A DNA stretch of 64,000 nucleotides from a virus (Duplodnaviria; Heunggongvirae; Uroviricota; Caudoviricetes), in IMG/VR virus record IMGVR_UViG_3300049216_000317, positions 84,961 through 148,960 of that record. One strand, written 5' to 3'. Under the pieces are notes generated by a model that made no database searches, was not told where the DNA came from, and worked only from the letters and a program-made list of their open reading frames with translations. Below are positions 1 through 6,624 of the stretch, piece after piece. Numbering within the stretch: position 1 is the first letter of the stretch; each line of letters opens with the position of its first letter. Position numbers and translations under genes: made by a program.

Positions 1-279
1 GCGCGAAAGTTTCTCAAGAAGAATTGCGAAGCTTGCGGCTACGACAAAAGTCTTCATGCCCACCACGTAGATCAAAACCCAGAAAACAACGTGGAGCAGA
101 ACATTCAGACCCTGTGCAAACATTGTCACAACTTCTGGCACACCACGCAGAAGAGGCTTGGGCTTTCTATCGCCGGGAAAATGTGCCAGCTTTACAGTCT
201 TGGGCAGATGGTTGGGACGACGGAATCAGCCGAGCAGGAGCCGGGATCGTCGACAGAGTCGATAGGCTTAAGTGTTTAG
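1..279 (+). CDS. HNH endonuclease, 5'-truncated by the window edge
   Basis: Frame 1 is open from base 1: CEACG...HAHHVDQNPENNVEQNIQTLCKHCHNFWH, which is the CxxC / HH-D-N-NN-N-LCxxCH HNH signature. Confidence 0.85.
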   Translation, partial: ARKFLKKNCEACGYDKSLHAHHVDQNPENNVEQNIQTLCKHCHNFWHTTQKRLGLSIAGKMCQLYSLGQMVGTTESAEQEPGSSTESIGLSV

Positions 280-338
280 GTAACAGTGTCGTTCCGGCGC
301 AAGTCCGGGTCGCGTTCGAAATCTTAATTGGAGGATAA
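3..338 (+). CDS. DNA cytosine-5 methyltransferase C-terminus (partial)
   Basis: Frame 3 is open from base 3 and ends GIVDRVDRLKCLGNSVVPAQVRVAFEIL, resembling the terminal motif X region of phage C5-MTases. The catalytic PC motif is not in the window. Confidence 0.7.
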   Translation, partial: AKVSQEELRSLRLRQKSSCPPRRSKPRKQRGAEHSDPVQTLSQLLAHHAEEAWAFYRRENVPALQSWADGWDDGISRAGAGIVDRVDRLKCLGNSVVPAQVRVAFEILIGG

Positions 339-512
339 ATGAAAAGTACGAATTTCTGGGATGTGGTTGTCACATTACTTTACCTGTCATACATTCTGAT
401 CGCCTTTGGCGGCGCAGCGTTCCTGGTTACATCGTGTGGCTGGTCTGCTTGGTGGATGCTCTTCCCGGCTTGTTGCATGGCCGTGCGAATTAAAACTGGA
501 AACGGCGAATGA
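339..512 (+). CDS. small membrane protein (57 aa, not in ORF track)
   Basis: GGAGG RBS and ATG at 339. MKSTNFWDVVVTLLYLSYILIAFGGAAFLVTSCGWSAWWMLFPACCMAVRIK has two hydrophobic segments. Its stop overlaps the next ATG (ATGA). Confidence 0.7.
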   Translation: MKSTNFWDVVVTLLYLSYILIAFGGAAFLVTSCGWSAWWMLFPACCMAVRIKTGNGE

Positions 513-907
513 CCGAACTTCGACGCTTGATTATTGCAATCGGAAAGCCTGTCCTGAAAACTCGGGATTGCGACTATTGCCGCGGAATCAAGCTAGATGA
601 CGGCGAACGATTTTGCAGCGATCGTTGCAAAAGACATTTTACCGACAATCACATTCTGATCGAAAATCTCCAGCGCACGATTGATACCGCCCGCGATACC
701 ATCGAGAAGCTGAAAGCTGACGGCCTTCGCCCTTTGCGCGACCGCATCACGCGGCTAGAGAAGGAAAATGCCTGCCTTCTTGACGAGAATATCGAACTCC
801 GAAAGGGCTGCGAGCGCGTAAAAGTCCTCGACAATCCGGCCATGCGCTGGATTCACCGCGCTTTGCGCAATGCCGATATGATTCGGAAAAATTTCAAAAA
901 ATCTTGA
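509..907 (+). CDS. hypothetical protein, Zn-finger plus coiled coil
   Basis: CDYC...FCSDRC motif followed by heptad-rich sequence; coupled start. Confidence 0.7.
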   Translation: MTELRRLIIAIGKPVLKTRDCDYCRGIKLDDGERFCSDRCKRHFTDNHILIENLQRTIDTARDTIEKLKADGLRPLRDRITRLEKENACLLDENIELRKGCERVKVLDNPAMRWIHRALRNADMIRKNFKKS

Positions 908-954
908 CTGCCCCGTGCCTTTAAAACAGACTGCATAGCGTTGGAGGGGCAACA

Positions 955-1329
955 ATGGCTCAAATTTTGGTCGTAGACCAACGCATGCGCGAACGTCTTA
1001 GAGCACTGCAAGAATACGCAAAAGAAAACATCATCACCGCAGACCGCCTGAAGCTAATGGTAGAGGGTAAGGTAAGACCAATCGGCGACAACGAGAATTT
1101 CTCTGTCTACATTCCTCTTGGATACCGCGCGGTATTTTCGATCGAAGAACAGCCCATCGGGCTTTGCCGCCATCTTTCAATATCAGTCGCAAGACATGCA
1201 AAACTCCCAAATCCACAAGCCGTAGAAGAAGTCATGAAATACCTTGGCTTCATTGGTGGCGTTACGAAATGTCAGGTCTGGATTGAAAACAAAATTGCCA
1301 TCAACGTTTTGCAACCCTACACTCACTAG
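955..1329 (+). CDS. hypothetical phage protein
   Basis: GGAGG RBS; 124-aa ORF. Confidence 0.7.
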   Translation: MAQILVVDQRMRERLRALQEYAKENIITADRLKLMVEGKVRPIGDNENFSVYIPLGYRAVFSIEEQPIGLCRHLSISVARHAKLPNPQAVEEVMKYLGFIGGVTKCQVWIENKIAINVLQPYTH

Positions 1330-1340
1330 AAGGAGGGGCG

Positions 1341-1526
1341 ATGCGCGAATATCTATGGTCTGATGACGAAGGGAACGTCTGTATGACGCTTTCTGAGGAA
1401 CACTTGCGAGAGTTGGGCTTTAGCAAAACTGATCTGAAAAATGAACCTGAAATTGTCATCACAACGTCTGACGACGAAGACTCTGTAACTGGAAAATCAC
1501 TCGTCATTTACAAAAAGGAAGACTAA
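1341..1526 (+). CDS. hypothetical protein
   Basis: AGGAGG RBS; stop coupled to the next gene. Confidence 0.65.
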   Translation: MREYLWSDDEGNVCMTLSEEHLRELGFSKTDLKNEPEIVITTSDDEDSVTGKSLVIYKKED

Positions 1527-1753
1527 TGGAACAAAAACCTTCAATTGGCCGCATCGTTCATTATCAACGCTATGGAACTCCAGGCGGCGAACACAAATCC
1601 GAGCCGTCAGCCGCTATCATTACGCAAGTTTTGGACGAAGCGACCGGCAAGTGCCAGCTTTTCGTTATGAATCCGAACGGCGTTTATCACAATGCCACCG
1701 AATATTCTGAAACGCCTTCGCCTGGCAAATGGAACTGGCCACCACGCACATGA
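1526..1753 (+). CDS. conserved small phage hypothetical protein
   Basis: PSIGRIVHY...AAIIT.V...W.WP pattern familiar from phage hypotheticals; TAATG coupling. Confidence 0.7.
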   Translation: MEQKPSIGRIVHYQRYGTPGGEHKSEPSAAIITQVLDEATGKCQLFVMNPNGVYHNATEYSETPSPGKWNWPPRT

Positions 1754-1992
1754 GCGATGCGCGCGAAGATCGCATCCGCAAAGAAATCTTAGAAGGTGAA
1801 TGGGAAACCCTTTGGCATGCTGATCTTCGCTTTTTGATCGCAAAACTTGATCAAGCCCGCAAACAAGTCGAAATGGCTTCCGACCTTTGGAAACGGCATC
1901 AGCAGACAAAATTTAAGTCCGACGGAAGCCATTTTCAAATCGACATCGAACTAAACGACTTCTTTGCTAAGTTAAAGCAGGAAAACGAATGA
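1750..1992 (+). CDS. hypothetical protein
   Basis: ATG at 1750 overlaps the upstream TGA. Confidence 0.6.
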   Translation: MSDAREDRIRKEILEGEWETLWHADLRFLIAKLDQARKQVEMASDLWKRHQQTKFKSDGSHFQIDIELNDFFAKLKQENE

Positions 1993-2186
1993 ACTTCATT
2001 GAAGCCGGAAAGCTAGCCAAAGAACAAAACCGTCCTTTTGGCCGAAAAGGATTGTCGAAGGAGCTTTTATTTTGGGATGGCATCATGCTGAAGCTTCTCA
2101 TCTATGCGCACTTCGGAACAGGCATGATTCCTTATCAGGCCATCGACCATCAAGACATTTTCGCCGAAGACTGGGAACTGAAATAG
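1989..2186 (+). CDS. DUF2829 / Tad2-like small protein
   Basis: Starts MNFIEA...RKG and ends DIFAEDWELK, like the MNF.EA...RKGW...D.LAEDW pattern of DUF2829. Confidence 0.55.
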   Translation: MNFIEAGKLAKEQNRPFGRKGLSKELLFWDGIMLKLLIYAHFGTGMIPYQAIDHQDIFAEDWELK

Positions 2187-2253
2187 ACTAGACCCGTGCT
2201 AATAACTATTTACATAATTGAAAATTTCTCCTAGCCTGCTAATAGGAGAAAAT

Positions 2254-2406
2254 ATGCGCCGTCGAATCTACCGCCATCTTGAAACCAAAGAACTCTGGGA
2301 AGTCCGTTTTGCTGGCGAATGCCTGATGCTCCTAAGCATGAAACGTGGCATCCGCTTCGTCAAATTGACCGAATATCCAAATTTTGAGTTTGTTCACGCA
2401 CTATGA
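2254..2406 (+). CDS. hypothetical protein (50 aa)
   Basis: AGGAG RBS before the ATG at 2254; stop coupled to the next gene. Confidence 0.55.
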   Translation: MRRRIYRHLETKELWEVRFAGECLMLLSMKRGIRFVKLTEYPNFEFVHAL

Positions 2407-3170
2407 AGCGTGTTGCCGTGATCGGCGACGTGCATGGCTGCCTTGATGAGCTTAAACAGCTTTACGGCATGCTTTGTCACTTTTCGCTCGATGAAATCCG
2501 CGTTGCAGGTGATCTCGTGGATCGGGGACCCGATTCAGGGGGCGTCGTGCGTTTTTGTCGTGAAAAGGGCATTCCTGCGGTCCTGGGCAACCATGAAGAC
2601 TCGGTTCTGGCTGTGCGCAAGCGCCTTCTGCGCGGTGATCCAAACGTAAATAAGGGCGAGAAGTACAAAACCAATATGCAACTTACGGAAGATGACGCTA
2701 ATTGGCTAAGGGCACTTCCGAAAATACACTACTATGAAAATTTGAATTTGCTAGTAGCGCATGGCGGGATCTGGCCAAAGCTTGAAATGTGGCAACAGCC
2801 TTTAAACGTGATTCGTGCCCAGATGATTAAGCCCCTCGAATTTGGCATGTCCAAGTGGTGGGGAAAGGATGCGACGGTCCACGGCGGAAAGACCGAAGAG
2901 CAACTCAAGGAAATGGGCTGGGCGCGCTGGTATGACATCTACGATGGCCCCTGGAACGTCGTTTACGGCCATAGCGTCTTTGCCCAGCCCCACATTCAGC
3001 AGAATCCAGGCGCGGGCATGACGATCGGCATTGATACCGGCAGCTGCTTTGGAGGCATGCTGACGGCTTTAATTTGGGATGAAAAACAAACCCCTTCTTT
3101 TGTAAGCGTCAAGGTTCGGGAGAACTACGCAAAGAAGGAAAAGGTCGGATTGGACCAGGAGAAAATGTAA
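2403..3170 (+). CDS. calcineurin-like metallophosphoesterase (ApaH/PrpE/phage phosphatase type)
   Basis: GDVHG, GDLVDRG, GNHE, AHGG, YGH and IDTG motifs. Confidence 0.92.
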   Translation: MKRVAVIGDVHGCLDELKQLYGMLCHFSLDEIRVAGDLVDRGPDSGGVVRFCREKGIPAVLGNHEDSVLAVRKRLLRGDPNVNKGEKYKTNMQLTEDDANWLRALPKIHYYENLNLLVAHGGIWPKLEMWQQPLNVIRAQMIKPLEFGMSKWWGKDATVHGGKTEEQLKEMGWARWYDIYDGPWNVVYGHSVFAQPHIQQNPGAGMTIGIDTGSCFGGMLTALIWDEKQTPSFVSVKVRENYAKKEKVGLDQEKM

Positions 3171-3415
3171 TGAAATGCCGATTAACTCGACTTGAGTCGA
3201 ATCATCAGAATTTGCGAACGGATTCTGCCGAAGGTCAGACGGATCTAGCCCCGACTGTCGGGGAAATCTTCGTTTTAGCAGGCGAACCTCTTTCAACAGA
3301 AGGCAACATTCGCGTCATACATACGACACCGATTGAGAGAGTTGAAAATTTTGATGGATATGTCGAGTTCTGGACGAAAAACTCGCATTATAAATTCGAG
3401 AACCTGGAGAATTAG
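3170..3415 (+). CDS. hypothetical protein
   Basis: TAATG-coupled 81-aa ORF. Confidence 0.6.
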   Translation: MKCRLTRLESNHQNLRTDSAEGQTDLAPTVGEIFVLAGEPLSTEGNIRVIHTTPIERVENFDGYVEFWTKNSHYKFENLEN

Positions 3416-3879
3416 TTACCGCTGCCAACCAGCGCCCCGACGCCCTTAAGCTCGTCGAGCCTAACTTTGAACTTATCGACTTGATCTGAGCAGTTGTTCT
3501 GTTTGCATTGGTTGATGATGTAAGTTACCAAAGGTGCATACGACTCTTTTGCAGGCAAATAAATCGACTCAGTCTTTAGCTGACTCCATGGTTTGCCGTT
3601 GAAAAGGTGAGTTTTTTGCTCGCCAACATACACTTCTTTTTGACTCATTATATAGATCCCATGGCCGCACGAAGGCTCTTGAATCGCTGCTTCACACGCA
3701 GGCGAAGGACGAATTTCAATGTGATTATTGGTGGGATTGGTTCCCATGTGAGTCGGAAGATCTTCAAAAACAGCGACGTCGGGCGGAGCCGTTACGCAAG
3801 CCGTTAAGAAAAGACTAGTCGCCAGATAAAGTGACGAAATCGTTGAACGCAGAAATTTGAGCTTGTTCGGCTTTTGCAT
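3412..3879 (-). CDS. lipoprotein, possible o-spanin
   Basis: Probable start MQKPNKLKF, then a hydrophobic stretch and lipobox FLTA-C. Overlaps the 3' end of the upstream gene and lies near the endolysin. Confidence 0.55.
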   Translation of the reverse strand: MQKPNKLKFLRSTISSLYLATSLFLTACVTAPPDVAVFEDLPTHMGTNPTNNHIEIRPSPACEAAIQEPSCGHGIYIMSQKEVYVGEQKTHLFNGKPWSQLKTESIYLPAKESYAPLVTYIINQCKQNNCSDQVDKFKVRLDELKGVGALVGSGN

Positions 3880-4201
3880 AGTCGGCATCGGAAACATCCT
3901 TCGGAAGGTTTGCGAGCGCATCTGCGGCCTGAACGAAAGCGCCGGCATCAGTAGCTTTGCGCAAAACGGTATTCATAAAAAAAGCGCCCATGACGGCGGA
4001 CTCGGACATCTTCGAAAGAGCGAAGGTCAAAGCCATTTTAAAAATAGATGAAATGATTGGGAGTTTGGAAATAGGCCCAAGATAAGGAACTGCTACCATG
4101 GCGGTCATTAAAAAATCGACTCCCCACGTAACAAAAGAGGACCTCGTTTTTTCAACGAGGTCCGTAACGTCTACAACATCTGGAGTAGTAGACGCAGCCA
4201 T
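3815..4201 (-). CDS. membrane-associated protein, possible i-spanin or holin
   Basis: Hydrophobic core FLMTAMVAVPYLGPISKLPIISSIFKMALTFALS; lysis-region context. Confidence 0.45.
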   Translation of the reverse strand: MAASTTPDVVDVTDLVEKTRSSFVTWGVDFLMTAMVAVPYLGPISKLPIISSIFKMALTFALSKMSESAVMGAFFMNTVLRKATDAGAFVQAADALANLPKDVSDADYAKAEQAQISAFNDFVTLSGD

Positions 4202-4203
4202 GA

Positions 4204-4431
4204 TTATACCTTGCTGATCAAGGCGATGACCGTTGCGATTGCCGCTTTTTCGATCTCATTTGAAGCTTTCGCCTGAAGATCTGAAAGCAACTGAACTGCG
4301 CTAATCGACAACTGCAAAGATGCCGAAGCGTCTGCGCCTTTGTAACTAACCGTAATGTTCGCTGAGCCTGCTGCAAAGCTAACATCGTAGCTCGCTTCAG
4401 GACCGATATTACCGTTAACAATTTCTGCCAT
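4204..4431 (-). CDS. hypothetical late protein (75 aa)
   Basis: AAGGGG RBS before the ATG at 4431; AATCTT motif upstream. Confidence 0.65.
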   Translation of the reverse strand: MAEIVNGNIGPEASYDVSFAAGSANITVSYKGADASASLQLSISAVQLLSDLQAKASNEIEKAAIATVIALISKV

Positions 4432-4462
4432 ATATTCCCCCTTCGGAATTGGTTCTGTTCTT

Positions 4463-4468
4463 AAGATT
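4463..4468 (-). promoter_or_regulatory. putative late promoter motif AATCTT
   Basis: CCAATCTTAAG, 31 nt upstream of the ATG at 4431. Confidence 0.55.
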
Positions 4469-4492
4469 GGCTCGCGAGGGATTCTCGAACGC

Positions 4493-4498
4493 AATCTT
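4493..4498 (+). promoter_or_regulatory. putative late promoter motif AATCTT
   Basis: GCAATCTTTAGATCAAA, 28 nt upstream of the endolysin ATG. The 15-mer AATCTTTAGATCAAA recurs upstream of 16478. Confidence 0.6.
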
Positions 4499-4526
4499 TA
4501 GATCAAAACCACCAAGGAGAAACAAC

Positions 4527-5522
4527 ATGAGTTTCCTAGCTAAAATGCTTCAATGGCTCGAACAATTATTCGCCAATAATGGAGCGATGCCTACACCACC
4601 AACTCCTTCTCCGGCACCATCCCAAGTAACACCAGCACCAGCACAAATTCAGCCGACTTTGCAATCAGGGGATAACAGTGCGTCGGTATCAACCGCGCAA
4701 AACCTTCTGGTTAAAGATGGTTTTCCCGTAACTGTGGATGGGTCCTTTGGTCCAGAAACAAAGGCCGCCGTTATTGCCTTCCAACAATCACAGGGTTTGA
4801 CCGCTGATGGGGTCATTGGACCTTTGACTTGGGCGGCATTAGCAAATCCAAAAGCCGTTGTGATTCCTGCTCCAAAACCAGTTCCCACAAGTGGTCCGCT
4901 AAAAATCATCGACCTATATCATGGCGATGCAGTCGCTTCTTATTCCTACATCGCAGCAAATACTGACGGCGTCTATTTGAAGTGTTCTGAAGGCGAAACC
5001 TATATTGATTCCGCTCATGCGACTCGTCGTGCCGCATTAAAAGCCGCTGGTGCAAAAGTCGGAGATTATTTGGTCATTCATTGTGACGAAGATGGTGCTG
5101 CGCAAGCAAAGTTCTTCTGGGCACAGGTTGGCTCTTTGGCCAAAACTGATCTGACTCCAATGATTGATTGGGAAAGTTCAGTCAACTCTGACTGCACTCC
5201 TGCTCAAAATAAAGCAGCAATTTTGGCATGTGCTGCTGAGCTTCGCGCTCTTTCGGGCCGTCAGATCATTCTTCTTTACGGAAGCAAAAGTGACATCCAA
5301 GCGATGAATTTTTCGGCCTCAGAAGCCGCTGGGTTCTATCTTTGGATCGCAGCTTATCCGACAGTTCCGCCAACAGCTTCTTCGGCTCCAACGGCTCCTT
5401 CTAAGCCCTGGACATCAACTTCGGCATGGCAATACGACGATGGTTCACATACGTCGACCCCAGGCGCTGGTCACTGCGACATCAGCTGGTTCTACATTCC
5501 ACTAACTAGCCTTCAAGGCTAA
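4527..5522 (+). CDS. endolysin: peptidoglycan-binding domain plus GH25 muramidase
   Basis: VDGSFGPETKAAVIAFQQSQGLTADGVIGPLTW (PG_binding_1); IIDLYHG, LKCSEG, MIDWE, WIAAY and WQY (GH25). AGGAG RBS. Confidence 0.92.
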   Translation: MSFLAKMLQWLEQLFANNGAMPTPPTPSPAPSQVTPAPAQIQPTLQSGDNSASVSTAQNLLVKDGFPVTVDGSFGPETKAAVIAFQQSQGLTADGVIGPLTWAALANPKAVVIPAPKPVPTSGPLKIIDLYHGDAVASYSYIAANTDGVYLKCSEGETYIDSAHATRRAALKAAGAKVGDYLVIHCDEDGAAQAKFFWAQVGSLAKTDLTPMIDWESSVNSDCTPAQNKAAILACAAELRALSGRQIILLYGSKSDIQAMNFSASEAAGFYLWIAAYPTVPPTASSAPTAPSKPWTSTSAWQYDDGSHTSTPGAGHCDISWFYIPLTSLQG

Positions 5523-5526
5523 AAAG

Positions 5527-5550
5527 AAAGGGGCCGAAAGGCCCTTTTTT
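5527..5550. terminator. intrinsic terminator between convergent genes
   Basis: GGGCC-GAAA-GGCCC stem with an A-tract before and T6 after. Confidence 0.85.
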
Positions 5551-5572
5551 GTTTCTAAATATTGTTCTCAGA

Positions 5573-6070
5573 TTATTCGTAAGTAACAGCGACTTCGCCG
5601 CTTGTGAATGTATTGGTTCCACCAAATGTCGTAAAGCGAATGCCCGTAAGAGCGCCTGACAAAGTGATATTTCCTCCGCCGCAACAACCGTAGAAGTTAG
5701 TTCCGTTCGTCAAACCGGCTGATTGGGCGTAAACCCATTGGTTTCCACCAACGTTTGTAATGACAAAAGATCCAGATGGTGTGTCGATAGCGTTTTGAGC
5801 CCATGCGCCGAATCCAGTCGTGATGTTTGCCGAGTTTGTTCCGCCTGATCCCGTGTTTGCAAATGTCGACTGATAGCCGGTTGTAACTGGAACGCCTCCA
5901 ACTGCCAATTGCACCATAAGATAAGAAGCACCGCTTTGCTGTACTTTACTGTACGAAACGGTGATCCGCTTTACTCCCGAAGGAATATTCGTAAAATCAA
6001 TGAACGTCCCGCTCGTAGTAGCTACGGGAGTCATTTGCGTAAAAGGAATTGGCAGGTTGGTTTGCGGCAT
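5573..6070 (-). CDS. tail-fibre-associated beta-rich protein
   Basis: G/T/S-rich 165-aa ORF at the end of the fibre operon; GGAG RBS. Confidence 0.6.
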   Translation of the reverse strand: MPQTNLPIPFTQMTPVATTSGTFIDFTNIPSGVKRITVSYSKVQQSGASYLMVQLAVGGVPVTTGYQSTFANTGSGGTNSANITTGFGAWAQNAIDTPSGSFVITNVGGNQWVYAQSAGLTNGTNFYGCCGGGNITLSGALTGIRFTTFGGTNTFTSGEVAVTYE

Positions 6071-6079
6071 CGTATCTCC

Positions 6080-6613
6080 TTACGACAAGCTTGTCGATAG
6101 CGGAAGTCCAAGATACGACTCAACTTGATTGCAATATGAAAGCAAACGAGCCGCTGTTACATATTTCGAATCGTAGCTTGATGTTGGCACTGCTTTGATA
6201 CGTTTAATGACTGAGGTCAAAGATCCACCCTGAAGCGCCGTTTGAACTGGAGCCATAACATCTAAGACGGTATCAACCATGTCATCCGCATCAATACCCA
6301 TAATCAAATTTTCAGTTGCAAACTGATTCATGAGATTTTGGCCAAAGGCCAGTGCTGCTGCAACTTTTGCTGAGACCTCTGCCTTAGTTTGGTTTGCAGT
6401 ATAGTTCGTTGCTTCGGGAGAAGCAGTCGAAAGACCTTCCCAATAAGCATTGATTGCGGCTTGGTATTCCGAAGGGTCGCTCGTGTACCAAATTGTAAGG
6501 TCTGAGTCTGCTGACATACCGTTGTAGCCAGTGGGAGCATTTGCCTTAACCCATGCATCTACAGTCGGAAGGTCGACGTTGAATGATGGCCATTGAAGAT
6601 CAATTGAAAACAT
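6080..6613 (-). CDS. hypothetical protein, possible fibre assembly chaperone
   Basis: 177-aa ORF with AGGAG RBS, directly after a fibre gene. Confidence 0.55.
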   Translation of the reverse strand: MFSIDLQWPSFNVDLPTVDAWVKANAPTGYNGMSADSDLTIWYTSDPSEYQAAINAYWEGLSTASPEATNYTANQTKAEVSAKVAAALAFGQNLMNQFATENLIMGIDADDMVDTVLDVMAPVQTALQGGSLTSVIKRIKAVPTSSYDSKYVTAARLLSYCNQVESYLGLPLSTSLS

Positions 6614-6624
6614 AAATTCTCCTT

